Below, piece by piece: positions 1 through 9,918 of a stretch of 64,000 nt of DNA. Below the pieces are notes generated by a model. The model was given only the letters and a program-made list of their open reading frames with translations, ran no database searches and was not told the DNA's origin. The DNA is from Candidatus Saccharimonadia bacterium (GTDB lineage: Bacteria; Patescibacteriota; Saccharimonadia; UBA4664). Within the stretch, counting starts at the first letter, position 1. Every line of letters begins with the position of its first letter. Both the position numbers and the translations under genes were made by a program. The stretch is taken from assembly GCA_035479295.1 (NCBI GenBank), contig DATIIV010000012.1:65010-129009 (forward strand). Reading direction: 5' to 3'.

Positions 1-177
1 AGCCACCAAAAGTTGCAACTGGGCGTACTGGCACTGTTCCCGTTTACCTGGCCGCTCTTCTATTTCTTGGTCTGGGTCGAGTACGTCGTGCTGCTCAAGA
101 GCCTGGCCATGATTCTGCGCGGCGGCGAGATCGAGTGGCAGAGCTGGGAGCGTCGCGGCGTGGAGGAGGGGGCATGA
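1..177 (+). CDS. 3' end of upstream membrane protein (C-terminal TM segment, possibly a GT2-type glycosyltransferase); partial
   Basis: Open frame running in from the window edge; translates as ...LALFPFTWPLFYFLVWVEYVVLLKSLAMILRGGEIEWQSWERRGVEEGA*. Its stop overlaps the next ATG in an ATGA arrangement. Confidence 0.3.
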   Translation, partial: SHQKLQLGVLALFPFTWPLFYFLVWVEYVVLLKSLAMILRGGEIEWQSWERRGVEEGA

Positions 178-1352
178 AACGCCACGAGATCATCATTTGC
201 TCCATCATCTTTTTGGCCTGCTCGCTGTTTGCGGCCGATACCGCCTCGGTAGGCTTGCGTGGGACGCACCTAGTTAATTTGCCCAAGCTCATTTGGGATC
301 AGCCCAAGGCCTATGCCGTCACCAGCCATTGTTCAAGTAAACCGGCCATCGCCGGCCTAGCCCAGGCCCAAGACGCCAGTCTGCGCAAGCTAGCCACCTA
401 CCAGACGGCCTGCGGCTCGTTTGCCAGCTCCACGCTGATGGTCTTTACCGACATGCCCAAGGACAGCAAAGAGGCCGTCACCATGGCCGACCAGATGGCT
501 ACCACGCTCAAGGAGTACCAAAAGTACCGTGTCACGCCGCTGGTGATCGTGGAGCCGGTGGCCAGTTGGGGGTTTGTGGACTTTAGCGACTTTCGCAGTG
601 GCCTGTACGATCCCTGGATCATGGCCTACTTTGCCGAGCTCAAGCACGACGGCATCACCGACAGTGCCATGGGTACCTGGGTGCCGTTTCCCGAGGCCAA
701 CCTGCCGTACTGGAACAGCCAGAGTGTTAAGCCCGAGGACTTTGGCTACCTCATCAACGATTACGTTGGCATGCAAAAACACTACTTTCCGGACTCCAAG
801 TCCAGCATTATGCTCAACTCGGCCACCTACAGTAGCACTGATTTTAACTGGGCCAACGGCGAATATATCAGCCTGATTCCGTACGTCAAGAATATTCAGC
901 ACGGTCTGGTCGATAGCTTTGGTCTGCAGGGCTTCCCTTGGGCGCCGCGAGCCAGTCAGAGCGGCAATGGCATCTATGACGCCGGCGAGTACCTCGATCC
1001 TAATCTAGCCAAAGAGGCGGCCGACTACCTGGGCGTCAAGCAAATCTGGCTCAACACCGGCTCGTTTGCGCGCAAGTACACTCTGGACGACAAAGACACC
1101 ATCACCGTTTCGCCGGAGAAGCGTAAAGATATCCTGGGCGGCGCCATCGACCAGGCTATCAAGCTCCAAAAGCAGGGCTACCAGGTCTCGATCAACCTGT
1201 TTGCCCAAGACAAGAGCACGGTCGACGAGGCCACCGACTGGTCCTACTGGGGTCCCGACGGCCCGCTGCACTCGCCGGCCGCCACCGTCTTTAACGAGTT
1301 TGCCACCAAGCTCAATCAGGCCAAGATCGGGCTGTGGATCTTTGATATTTAG
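174..1352 (+). CDS. Secreted hypothetical protein (signal peptide; possible glycan-processing partner of upstream gene)
   Basis: ATG at 174 follows GGAGGAGGG (163-172) and overlaps the upstream stop as ATGA. N-terminus MKRHEIIICSIIFLACSLFAAD is signal-like. The ORF tool's upstream start at 135 lacks an RBS. Confidence 0.5.
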   Translation: MKRHEIIICSIIFLACSLFAADTASVGLRGTHLVNLPKLIWDQPKAYAVTSHCSSKPAIAGLAQAQDASLRKLATYQTACGSFASSTLMVFTDMPKDSKEAVTMADQMATTLKEYQKYRVTPLVIVEPVASWGFVDFSDFRSGLYDPWIMAYFAELKHDGITDSAMGTWVPFPEANLPYWNSQSVKPEDFGYLINDYVGMQKHYFPDSKSSIMLNSATYSSTDFNWANGEYISLIPYVKNIQHGLVDSFGLQGFPWAPRASQSGNGIYDAGEYLDPNLAKEAADYLGVKQIWLNTGSFARKYTLDDKDTITVSPEKRKDILGGAIDQAIKLQKQGYQVSINLFAQDKSTVDEATDWSYWGPDGPLHSPAATVFNEFATKLNQAKIGLWIFDI

Positions 1353-1428
1353 AGTCGACCGGCAAAAGCTCTAGCCAAGGCCCAGGTTTTGTGCTATAAA
1401 AGTTAGAGCCCGAGCCGCACCTCCACGG

Positions 1429-1504
1429 GCGCTCGTAGCTCAGTGGATAGAGCACTTGGCTTCGGACCAAGGTGTCGGGGGTTCGAGTCCCTCCGAGCGC
1501 ACCA
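1429..1504 (+). tRNA. tRNA-Arg (anticodon UCG)
   Basis: Cloverleaf read by eye: acceptor GCGCTCG/CGAGCGC, D-arm GCTC..GAGC, anticodon stem CTTGG/CCAAG with loop CUUCGGA, T-arm GGGGG-TTCGAGT-CCCTC, encoded CCA. Confidence 0.85.
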
Positions 1505-1537
1505 GGTATCATTTACAATTATTCGTTCCGCACACGC

Positions 1538-1614
1538 GGGCCATTAGCTCAGTTGGTTAGAGCAGGAGACTCTTAATCTCCGTGTCCAGGGTTCGAGTCC
1601 CTGATGGCCCTCCA
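1538..1614 (+). tRNA. tRNA-Lys (anticodon CUU)
   Basis: Acceptor GGGCCAT/ATGGCCC, anticodon stem GGAGA/TCTCC with loop CUCUUAA, T-loop TTCGAGT, encoded CCA. Confidence 0.85.
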
Positions 1615-1625
1615 GGAATTATATA

Positions 1626-1652
1626 AAAACGACTGCAAGGTCGTTTTTTTGT
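1626..1652 (+). terminator. Rho-independent terminator after the tRNA pair
   Basis: Stem AACGAC / GTCGTT with loop TGCAAG, followed by TTTTTTT. Confidence 0.5.
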
Positions 1653-1664
1653 TAGGATGGAACT

Positions 1665-1934
1665 ATGTGTAGAAATATCAAACAGCTTTATAATTTTGAA
1701 CCGCACGCTACAAGCGACGAAGTACGAGCCGCGGCCACGCAGTTTGTTAGAAAGATCTCGGGCTTTCAAAAGCCGTCGGCCGCTAACGAGGCCGTCTTTA
1801 ATCGTGCCATCGATGACATCGCTCATGTTAGCCACCATCTTCTCGAAGAGCTTGTAACTCAAGCTGCGCCTCGCAACCGGGAGGTTGAGGCGGCCAAGGC
1901 TCGAGCTCGCTCTGCTCAGCGTTTTGGCACGTAA
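1665..1934 (+). CDS. DUF2277-family small protein
   Basis: N-terminus MCRNIKQLYNFEPHATSDEVRAAATQFVRKISGF matches the characteristic start of DUF2277 proteins as I recall it. RBS AGGATGG upstream. Confidence 0.55.
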   Translation: MCRNIKQLYNFEPHATSDEVRAAATQFVRKISGFQKPSAANEAVFNRAIDDIAHVSHHLLEELVTQAAPRNREVEAAKARARSAQRFGT

Positions 1935-2016
1935 TCTTGGGCGATATAGGAAGCCTCGTCTGTGGCCGTCGCTGGGCTATGACGGCGAGGTGGCGTAGTG
2001 CAGTAGCGCGCCCGAT

Positions 2017-2538
2017 TTATGGCCTGGTGCCGCTTAGCTGAGATACCCTTACGGCGCCAGAGGTGCCGTTGTGGAGTGCCAGGGCGATGCCATTGTCCTC
2101 GCACTTCACCTGGACTGCTCCGCCGTAGGCGATCGTGGCGATAACGGTGCCGCCGGTGTAGGCTGCCGTGTAATTTTGGTAGTATGGTGTGCCGGTGGAC
2201 AGGGCGCCATAGGCCGTAATATAGCCACTGCAGCCGGAGGCATCAACGGCTGTGATATTAGGCGTGCTCGGTCTGGGGGTCGGCGTGGCCGCAGCCGGCT
2301 TTGGCGTGGGAGTGGGCTGCGAAGCGGCCGGCGTGGGCGTGGGTGTCGCCGTAGCAGCTGGCGAGGATTGAGTCGGTTTCTTGTTACTCGTCTGACCGCT
2401 TGTCACAGCCACCGCATTTTTCTTTTGAGACTGAGCGACCTGAAAGGCCACAATTACCACGCCGCTTATGGCTACAACCAGGAGAATGATGAGTAACGTA
2501 CCAAAACCGGATTGATTGCTTCTGAGAGTCTTCGGCAT
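2017..2538 (-). CDS. Membrane-anchored Pro/Thr-linker protein with pilin-like N-terminal hydrophobic segment
   Basis: N-terminus QSGFGTLLIILLVVAISGVVIVAF, then ATATPTPTPAASQPTPTPKPAAATPTPRPSTP linker and a C-terminal globular domain. RBS AAGGAAAGC before ATG. Confidence 0.5.
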   Translation of the reverse strand: MPKTLRSNQSGFGTLLIILLVVAISGVVIVAFQVAQSQKKNAVAVTSGQTSNKKPTQSSPAATATPTPTPAASQPTPTPKPAAATPTPRPSTPNITAVDASGCSGYITAYGALSTGTPYYQNYTAAYTGGTVIATIAYGGAVQVKCEDNGIALALHNGTSGAVRVSQLSGTRP

Positions 2539-2880
2539 GCTTTCCTTATAATATGCTTATGCTAGTATTGGCTATAGCAAAAAGTGGCACCAAATACACT
2601 TTAGAAATGATGATGAGCAGCGGTGTCGTTATCTCTCGGCGATTTACGGCACCGCGGGTAAGACAATGATCGGCAGGGGTAGGCGGCGCCCACCCCTGCC
2701 GGCGGTACTTAAGCGTAGCACTCGGCTGCGCCAACGATGCGAATCGGCCTAAGGCTGATGCTCTGCCTAGGTATATCGACTTCCTGAACCAGTGACGCTT
2801 TCAGCGGCAGGCGGCCAATAGTGAGGTGTGGCTGGAAATCTAGCGCGTAGCTTAGGCCATTGCTCTGCGCTATAAACCTT

Positions 2881-3354
2881 TCAGGCATCATTGATGCCGC
2901 ATTGACGCAGGGCTTCTTTTAGTGCTCCGAGCATTGGCGTAAGGACGTTTAGCCACTCGGGGCAGAGAGCAAGGGCGAGCGCAAATGCCGGCTCCGGACT
3001 TGTGCCATATGGTTTGGCCGCGACGGTTGTCGTGGTAACCGACCGCAAGTTGCCACCTAGTGCGGCTGCGAAGACCGGCTGAAGCGCTAGCTGTAGTTGT
3101 TGCATGGAGAGCTTTGTGGCACTGGTATGACCCAGGTAGTCTCTAACCTCCTCAAGGAGCTCATCGGGGCGACCGATGTGCAAGAGCGTCACATGCAGGC
3201 GGCTTGCTTTTACTGGAGTGAGTGGCAGCCCACTGTCGATAAGCCAAGTCTGGACTGTCCTGATTGTCGGTAGGCTGGCTCGGTGAATGGGGTGCTCCAC
3301 TCTCACGTGGCTTGTTCGGTCTGGCCGAAATCGGTCAGGCATGAAGCTCAGCAT
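2881..3354 (-). CDS. Hypothetical protein with a single 2H-phosphoesterase-like HxTx motif (possibly truncated LigT-like)
   Basis: LHVTLLHIG motif present, but only one HxT/S motif found and the length is 157 aa. Start uncertain. Confidence 0.3.
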   Translation of the reverse strand: MLSFMPDRFRPDRTSHVRVEHPIHRASLPTIRTVQTWLIDSGLPLTPVKASRLHVTLLHIGRPDELLEEVRDYLGHTSATKLSMQQLQLALQPVFAAALGGNLRSVTTTTVAAKPYGTSPEPAFALALALCPEWLNVLTPMLGALKEALRQCGINDA

Positions 3355-3639
3355 ATGTGGTCCTTTGATGGTGGGCTTAAAAGCGCATGGATACTGTAAT
3401 GCAGGGCAACAGCCAAGTAAATATCGACGAAAGAAGACTTCTCTAACGATGCTGATTATTAGAATAAACGTTACTACGACACGCGGACTTGCTCATCCAC
3501 CACGAAATACAGGTTGAGAGGGTACCCCATAGATCGCATCACTACCGCCGGCGCCAGCTACGGCGACGAGTTCATCGTCTGGGCCGCGCAGGTCCTTCCG
3601 CGCGGTATAGATGTATAATGAAGCCAAAGGAGCAGATTT

Positions 3640-4068
3640 ATGAGCAAAACGAACCCGGTCGTACATTTTGAGATGGGCTACAAGGACCAGGCCCGCATGG
3701 TGAAGTTTTATGAGACGGTCTTTGGCTGGACGACCAATGTGATGGGGCCGGACATGGGCAACTACGTGGTGGCCCATACCACCGAGACCGACGAGAACGG
3801 CATGATTCAGACCAAGGGCGCCATCAACGGCGGCTTCTACCAAAAGACCGACGACCCGCTGAGCCAGGCACCGTCGGTGGTAGTGTCGGTAGAGGACATT
3901 CACGCTGCGATGAAGGCGGTGGAGGAGGCCGGCGGTAAGATTCTAGGCGGCATGAACGCGCAGGGCGAGCACACCCTGGAGCCGCAGATGATTCCGGGCG
4001 TTGGGCTGTGGATCTCGGTTATGGACACCGAGGACAATCGGTTCTCCCTGCTGCAAGCCAAGTCGTAG
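3640..4068 (+). CDS. VOC / glyoxalase-bleomycin-resistance family protein
   Basis: TATAAT at about 3613 and AAGGAG RBS before ATG. The sequence VVHFEMGYKDQARMVKFYETVFGW is typical of the VOC fold. The stop lies 3 nt before the next gene. Confidence 0.7.
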   Translation: MSKTNPVVHFEMGYKDQARMVKFYETVFGWTTNVMGPDMGNYVVAHTTETDENGMIQTKGAINGGFYQKTDDPLSQAPSVVVSVEDIHAAMKAVEEAGGKILGGMNAQGEHTLEPQMIPGVGLWISVMDTEDNRFSLLQAKS

Positions 4069-4071
4069 CCT

Positions 4072-6300
4072 ATGCCAGAATATATCGAAATCCGAGGTGC
4101 CCGCGAAAACAACCTTAAGAACGTGTCGGTGCGCATTCCCAAGCGCCAGATCACGGTCTTTACCGGTGTGTCCGGCTCGGGTAAGTCGTCGCTGGTGTTT
4201 GATACCGTGGCGGCCGAGGCGCAGCGGTTGCTGAACGAGAACTTCAGTATGTTTGTGCGCAATTTTTTGCCGCACCTCACGCAGCCCGAGGCCGACGAGA
4301 TCAAGAATTTGAGCATGGCGGTGATCGTGGATCAGAAGCGGCTGGGTGGTGGCTCGCACTCCACCGTGGGCACGGTCACGGATATCGCGACGGCGCTGCG
4401 GCTGCTATTTTCGCGCGTGGGTAAGCCCTACATTGGCTATGCCAACCTATTTTCTTTTAACGATCCGGCCGGCATGTGCCCGGCTTGCAACGGTATGGGC
4501 CAGATGATGGCCCTGGACCGTGAGCTGGCGCTTGATACCTCTAAATCCATCGATGACGGCGCCATCAGGTTGCCGGGCTACGATGGGGGTAATGTGTGGA
4601 CCTACGGCGCCATGAAAGCCGCAGGCGTGGACACTACTAAAAAGCTCAAAGACTTCACAGCCGCCGAGATGGAAGAATTCCTGCACGGCGAGCCCCGCAA
4701 GGTCAAGGTTAACGGCATCAACCTCACCTATGAGGGTCTGGAAGGGGTCTTTACTAAAAAATACATTTTGCGCGACCTCAAAACTATGTCCGAGCGCACG
4801 CAGAAGCAGTTTGGGCCGTTCATTACCATGGGTGCCTGTAATCTCTGCCGCGGCGGGCGCCTCAGCCAAAAAGCCCTGTCAGTCAAAGTCGGCGGTCACA
4901 ATATCGCTGAGCTGGCTGCCATGCAGGTGGATGCGCTACTGGAGGTCATCAAATCGATTAAGGCGCCCGAGGCTCAGGCTATTGTGACCACGGTGCACAA
5001 CCGGCTGAGCAACCTCGTCGATATCGGTCTGGGCTACCTCAGTCTTGACCGCACCACCGATACGCTGTCGGGTGGCGAGTCGCAGCGGGTCAAGATGGTG
5101 AAGCATCTCAACGGCTCCCTGGTCGACGTCATGTACATCTTCGACGAGCCGAGTGTGGGCCTGCATCCGCGCGACGTGCATCGCCTCAACGAGCTGCTGG
5201 CCAAGCTGCGCGACGCCGGCAACACCGTCATCGTGGTGGAGCACGACCCCGACGTCATTCAGGCCGCCGACCACATCGTCGACGTCGGCCCGAAAGCCGG
5301 CAGCCAGGGCGGGGAAGTCGTGTTTGAGGGCAGCTACCACGACCTGCTCAAGGCCGATACCCTGACGGCGCGCCACCTGGGCGACCAATCGCCCATTAAG
5401 GCCACCTTCCGTCAATCCACCGGCCAGCTCGAGATCCGCGACGCCCACGCCAACAACCTGCGTCATCTCAACGTCGACATCCCCACCGGCGTCTTCACCG
5501 TCATCACCGGTGTGGCCGGCTCGGGCAAGAGCTCGCTCATCAACCAGGTATTTCTGCGCCAGCACCCCGAGGCCATCGTGGTCGACCAATCGCCCATCGG
5601 CGTCTCCACCCGCTCCAATCCGGCCACCTACACCGGCATCATGGACGTCATCCGCAAAGCCTTTGCTACGGCCAATAAGGCTGATATCGCGCTCTTTAGC
5701 TTCAATTCCAAAGGCGCCTGCGACAATTGCAAAGGCGCCGGCTTCGTCACCACCGACCTGGCCTTTCTCGACGACGCCAAACTGCCCTGCGACGTCTGCG
5801 AGGGCAAGCGCTTCAAGGCCGAGGTGCTTGAGTATAAATATCAGGGTAAGAATATCACCGAAGTGCTCGATCTCACGGTGGCCCAGGCCAACGAGTTCTT
5901 CGACCTCAAGGAAATCGCCCAAAAGCTCCAGGCCCTCAGCGACGTCGGCCTCGACTACCTGTCGCTCGGCCAACCCTTGAGCTCGCTGTCCGGCGGCGAA
6001 TGCCAGCGCCTCAAGCTGGCCTCCGAACTCCACAAACAAGGCAGCATCTACGTGCTCGACGAGCCCACTACCGGCCTGCATATGTCTGACATCGCGCGCC
6101 TCCACACCATCATCGACCGCCTCGTCGACGCTGGCAACACGGTCATCACCATCGAGCACAACCAAGAAGTCATCCGCCGCGCCGATCACATCATCGACCT
6201 CGGCCCCGAAGGCGGCAACGCCGGCGGCCAGATCATGTTTGAGGGCACGCCCGCGGAGTTGGTGAAGAGCAAGGCGGCGCTGATAGGGCGCTATCTGTGA
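4072..6300 (+). CDS. Class II UvrA-like ABC ATPase (UvrA2/DrrC-type, lacks UvrB-binding and insertion domains)
   Basis: 742 aa. Two Walker A motifs ([20 protein letters not shown]), two ABC signature motifs ([16 protein letters not shown]), and zinc-finger Cys pairs (CPACNG, CNLCRGG, CDNCKG, CDVCEG). It is about 200 aa shorter than canonical UvrA. Confidence 0.85.
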   Translation: MPEYIEIRGARENNLKNVSVRIPKRQITVFTGVSGSGKSSLVFDTVAAEAQRLLNENFSMFVRNFLPHLTQPEADEIKNLSMAVIVDQKRLGGGSHSTVGTVTDIATALRLLFSRVGKPYIGYANLFSFNDPAGMCPACNGMGQMMALDRELALDTSKSIDDGAIRLPGYDGGNVWTYGAMKAAGVDTTKKLKDFTAAEMEEFLHGEPRKVKVNGINLTYEGLEGVFTKKYILRDLKTMSERTQKQFGPFITMGACNLCRGGRLSQKALSVKVGGHNIAELAAMQVDALLEVIKSIKAPEAQAIVTTVHNRLSNLVDIGLGYLSLDRTTDTLSGGESQRVKMVKHLNGSLVDVMYIFDEPSVGLHPRDVHRLNELLAKLRDAGNTVIVVEHDPDVIQAADHIVDVGPKAGSQGGEVVFEGSYHDLLKADTLTARHLGDQSPIKATFRQSTGQLEIRDAHANNLRHLNVDIPTGVFTVITGVAGSGKSSLINQVFLRQHPEAIVVDQSPIGVSTRSNPATYTGIMDVIRKAFATANKADIALFSFNSKGACDNCKGAGFVTTDLAFLDDAKLPCDVCEGKRFKAEVLEYKYQGKNITEVLDLTVAQANEFFDLKEIAQKLQALSDVGLDYLSLGQPLSSLSGGECQRLKLASELHKQGSIYVLDEPTTGLHMSDIARLHTIIDRLVDAGNTVITIEHNQEVIRRADHIIDLGPEGGNAGGQIMFEGTPAELVKSKAALIGRYL

Positions 6301-6409
6301 TCCATCTAAGATGGACCGAAAGAAGGTTCCCCATTCTAGCCAACCCCCTTACGCTTATTGACGGGCTCGCTTAATGCAGCTACTCTTAAACTAAGAAAAG
6401 GTTTGGGGG

Positions 6410-6643
6410 ATGGCAAAAAAGACTAGTTTTAAGTTTCAACTCCGTGATGTTCTTATGGCTGTCGTGCTCATTGCCCTCGCTGTTACTAACTTTGTCTGGT
6501 ACCAGACCACTCAAGGCCTGTCTATTAGCGCGGAAAATGCCGTTAAAGGCTGGGTATACTCGGAGACGCAGATCTCTAAATTAAAGCTCTGCATCGACCA
6601 GGGCACCAAGCCCTGCGATATATCGACTACGACCCAGCCGTAG
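6410..6643 (+). CDS. Small membrane-anchored hypothetical protein
   Basis: 77 aa with a single TM helix (LMAVVLIALAVTNFVWY). RBS GGGGGATGG is weak. Confidence 0.35.
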   Translation: MAKKTSFKFQLRDVLMAVVLIALAVTNFVWYQTTQGLSISAENAVKGWVYSETQISKLKLCIDQGTKPCDISTTTQP

Positions 6644-6690
6644 AGAGCCAGGCCGCAAAAAAAAGGCCGATGGACCTTACGGGATGAGAC

Positions 6691-8667
6691 TTACTCATCC
6701 CTCATATCGCTAATCGGACTGCGCCGCACGTTACGCAGGAGCGGCGGCAGGATGGCCACGAGGCTAATGCCGATGATGCTAGCCACGAGCCAGATGAGCT
6801 GGGCGGGGTCGAAGCCGATAAAGCTAAAGCTTTGACCGCGGTCGAACACGCCGAACGTCACCTTGGCGTAGTCGGTTACTTGAGCACTGTAGAGGGCCTG
6901 CACGGTAAACGCAATGCCAAGCCCCAAAATCAAACTGAAGGCGACAATCCGGGCCGCCACAATCAGGCTGTAGAGCAAATATACCGCCATGATGTCGCGC
7001 CGCTTGGCGCCAATAGCTCGGAACACGGCGGTTTCGCGGCGGCTATCGATGATGACTCGCGCCATGGTGGCCCAAATGATGATGCCGGCAATGAGAATGG
7101 CAAACGGCAGGGCGGTGCGCAGGGCTTTGGTTACGGTGGTGTCGATGTCGTCGGCCAGCAGGTAGTTGGATCCGTAGGGCTCGAGGGTGAAGGGCTTGCC
7201 GCAGGAGTTGGTGTCGGGCGGGCAGCCTTGCTGGTGAATAAACGACCGAGCCGCGCCCACCGAGGGGAAGCTCACAATAGCCTCGCCGATGCCGGCAGCG
7301 GTAAGCGTACTGGAGCTGAATTTGCTGGAAGCGAGCAGCACATCTTTGTGCTGGGCTGCCGCGGGGAGTTGGCCAAATAGCTGTTGCGGTATCATGGCGC
7401 CAGCGCCGTACTGCGCCCCCAGCAGCGACGACATGAAGTTGGGCAGGCTCGTTAAGGCATTGGTCTGCGGCGACACCGGCATAACGCCCACAATCATAAA
7501 GGTGAGCAGCTGGTGCTGGGGTGCCTCATAGGCGCCTAGGGCTTGGCTTAGCGCTATCTGGTCCTGCGCCGCCTTTTTCTCATCGGCCGAGCGCTTATCT
7601 TGTTTAACGGTGATATCGCCGCACGGTGCGGTGGGCGGGCTGTAGCTAAGGGCCGGAGGCACGTAGGTTTTATCGTCTTTGTGCTCGGCGGCTGCAGCTG
7701 CTGCTTGGCTCATAGTGGTGAGCTCGCTAATTTCGGCCTCGTTACGGTAGCAAGCGGTGTAGGTGGTGCCATTGAGCTTCTGCTGGAGTGCCTTCATCCA
7801 GGCAATCTGTTGGCTGGCCGAGACTGGTGGCTGCGAGATATTGTAAGACTGACCAAACAAAGTCATGGCTTCGGTCGTCGTAATCACGACGGGAATAGCG
7901 GCCAGGTTAGCTCGACGCTTATCGTTGACCGGCAGAATAAACCGTTTAATGAGGGCATCATCCACCAGCGAGTAAGACGAATTACGCACGCTGGCCGTGA
8001 GGTAGCCGTAGGTGGTTTGATCGGAGCCTTGCGGCCGGGCATTCGGCCCAAGCTTGCTTAAGTCTTCTTTGCCCCCGGCGAGGTAGCTGGTGTTGGCATA
8101 GTTGAGCGCGACGCTCTGGTTTTGGTGAAAAGCGGTGGCTCCATAGGGCGCGGCCGCGGTCTTTAAGTCCGCCAGTTTATTTTTGGCGGTGGCCACATAT
8201 TCGGTTTGGAGTTTCTGAGTGTAGAGCGGATAAACTGGTGAGTCAAAGTTAATGCGCACGCGCCGATCGGCCGGCACCGACGCCTCGGCATAAGGATTAG
8301 GCAGAAGAATCGGCGCTACACTCTGGGGGTCAAATGAGAGCTTAAGCTTCTTGGCCAGATCCTTTTGCTGGGAGATGTAAGTGGCTTGTAGAGTGGTTAA
8401 AGTGGCGATAGTAGCGGCCGACGGGCCGCCTGAGCTAAAGCCAAACACCTCGGGCGGAATGATAGGCTGAGACTTGACTAAGTATTGGCCATCTAGAGCG
8501 GTACGGGTGTAGGCGTGGGCGCTTTTGGAGATGCCGGTGGCCAGCAGGCCCGCCGCGCACAGAATACCAAACGACAGCCCCGATACCACAATGGTAATGG
8601 CGAGCATTATCCGCTTGGTGTGAAGCTTGGCCCGGGCCAGAGTGATCGTGTCGCGCAGGCTGATCAT
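6691..8667 (-). CDS. MacB/FtsX-type ABC transporter permease with large extracytoplasmic domain
   Basis: N-terminal TM helix, about 450 aa extracytoplasmic region, and a C-terminal FtsX 3-TM bundle. Its start overlaps the ATPase stop by 4 nt. Confidence 0.8.
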   Translation of the reverse strand: MISLRDTITLARAKLHTKRIMLAITIVVSGLSFGILCAAGLLATGISKSAHAYTRTALDGQYLVKSQPIIPPEVFGFSSGGPSAATIATLTTLQATYISQQKDLAKKLKLSFDPQSVAPILLPNPYAEASVPADRRVRINFDSPVYPLYTQKLQTEYVATAKNKLADLKTAAAPYGATAFHQNQSVALNYANTSYLAGGKEDLSKLGPNARPQGSDQTTYGYLTASVRNSSYSLVDDALIKRFILPVNDKRRANLAAIPVVITTTEAMTLFGQSYNISQPPVSASQQIAWMKALQQKLNGTTYTACYRNEAEISELTTMSQAAAAAAEHKDDKTYVPPALSYSPPTAPCGDITVKQDKRSADEKKAAQDQIALSQALGAYEAPQHQLLTFMIVGVMPVSPQTNALTSLPNFMSSLLGAQYGAGAMIPQQLFGQLPAAAQHKDVLLASSKFSSSTLTAAGIGEAIVSFPSVGAARSFIHQQGCPPDTNSCGKPFTLEPYGSNYLLADDIDTTVTKALRTALPFAILIAGIIIWATMARVIIDSRRETAVFRAIGAKRRDIMAVYLLYSLIVAARIVAFSLILGLGIAFTVQALYSAQVTDYAKVTFGVFDRGQSFSFIGFDPAQLIWLVASIIGISLVAILPPLLRNVRRSPISDMRDE

Positions 8668-9458
8668 ACCAGGACTCCATCGCTGAGCCGGATTTCCCGG
8701 TCGGCTTGGGCGGCAATGTCGGGGTTGTGAGTCACGATCACCACCGTGGTGCCCGCAGTGGCCCGGATATGCTTGAAGAGCTCGATGATGGCCGCGCTGT
8801 TGGTGCTATCCAAGTTGCCGGTGGGCTCGTCGGCCAGCAGGATACGGGGTTTATTAAGCAGGGCCCGGGCCACGGCCGCTCGTTGAATCTGGCCGCCCGA
8901 GAGCTGTTTGGGCAATTGCTGAGCCTGCTCCGATAACCCCACGATTTGGAGCAGCTCGCGGACTCGGGCCTGCCGGTCCGCTGGCTTAACGTGGCCAAAC
9001 ATACCCGGCACCTCCACGTTTTTGCCCAGCGGCAGAAACGGCTGCAGGTAAAAGAATTGAAACACAAAGCCAATGGTTTGATTGCGAAACTCAGCTAAAG
9101 CGGTGTCTTTGAGCCGGCTGAGGTCGTGTCCTTCAATCGTGATTTCGCCGCTGGTGGGCTTATCGAGGCCGCCCATCAGCTGCAGCAGCGTGCTTTTGCC
9201 GCTACCGCTCGCCCCGGTGAGCGCCACAAACTCACCTTCATGGATATCCAGTGACACGCCGTTGAGAGCATTCACTACTTGCTTGCCTCGCTTATATCGC
9301 TTGGCTACATCTTTTACAGACAACACCACTGGTCCGCTCGGAGCCTCCTGAGGCTTGGGCAAGGTAGCGGCTGGAGCTTGCAGTGATTGAGCCGCCAGCA
9401 CGGCATCGCCGTTAAATAACTCCAAGAAATCCCGAATTTGTTGCGGAGTGGCGGTCAT
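8664..9458 (-). CDS. ABC transporter ATP-binding protein (MacB/LolD-like)
   Basis: Walker A GASGSGKST, ABC signature LSGGQIQR, Walker B ILLADEP, and H-loop. Confidence 0.85.
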   Translation of the reverse strand: MTATPQQIRDFLELFNGDAVLAAQSLQAPAATLPKPQEAPSGPVVLSVKDVAKRYKRGKQVVNALNGVSLDIHEGEFVALTGASGSGKSTLLQLMGGLDKPTSGEITIEGHDLSRLKDTALAEFRNQTIGFVFQFFYLQPFLPLGKNVEVPGMFGHVKPADRQARVRELLQIVGLSEQAQQLPKQLSGGQIQRAAVARALLNKPRILLADEPTGNLDSTNSAAIIELFKHIRATAGTTVVIVTHNPDIAAQADREIRLSDGVLV

Positions 9459-9522
9459 ACCGTTAAAGCCAGTTCTTCATAGCTGGTCTTATTGTAACAA
9501 GCTTACGCTTAGTTGGCTTGGG

Positions 9523-9855
9523 TTATTTAGCTGCCTGCCGCAGTCCTAGCACGCTCCCATTGGCATCCTTAATCTGCGCGATCAGTAGGCCGCCACCCAC
9601 GTCCTTGGGCTCTTGCAGCAGGGTGGCGCCGGCGTCGATCAGGGTCTGCAGGCTGGCCTTGATGTCCTCCACCTCGGCGTAGGCGATGATGGCTTGGCCG
9701 TGCGGATCGAGGCCGATCTCGAGCTCGCCGACGCGATAGCCGACGTAGTAGGGGCTGTCGGCGTAGGGCTCGGTGCCCAAAAAGGTGGTGAAGAATGCCT
9801 TGGTAGCGGCCAGATCCTGGGCGGGGTAGACGAGTACGTTAACGTTTTGAGCCAT
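9523..9855 (-). CDS. VOC / glyoxalase family protein
   Basis: 110 aa with the typical VOC beta-alpha-beta pattern (VLVYPAQDLAATKAFFTTFLG ...). Confidence 0.65.
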   Translation of the reverse strand: MAQNVNVLVYPAQDLAATKAFFTTFLGTEPYADSPYYVGYRVGELEIGLDPHGQAIIAYAEVEDIKASLQTLIDAGATLLQEPKDVGGGLLIAQIKDANGSVLGLRQAAK

Positions 9856-9918
9856 GAGGGCCTCCTTATTACTAGTAAGTATAGCTGAGTGGGCGAGTAT
9901 TTTTGCTATACTTCACCC

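Noticed and set aside
2017-2538. Type IV (pseudo)pilin call for the PT-linker protein.
   Set aside because: The G-F-x-x-L-I-E prepilin motif lacks the conserved Glu5. Kept only as 'pilin-like N-terminus'.
4936-6189. 417-aa ORF antisense to the UvrA-like gene. Similar long antisense ORFs occur at 27464-28450 and 27460-28164 (GH5), 33079-33837 (zwf), 39644-40357 (peptidase), 40605-41534 (FAD oxidase), 54589-55305 (kinase) and 59473-60228 (atpD).
   Set aside because: These are high-GC artefacts: low-complexity Ala/Arg/Gly-rich translations on the strand opposite genes with clear family signatures.
6301-6315. Palindrome TCCATCTaAGATGGA after the UvrA-like stop as a terminator.
   Set aside because: Only a 7-bp stem with no T-tract. 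More likely a protein-binding site or coincidence.
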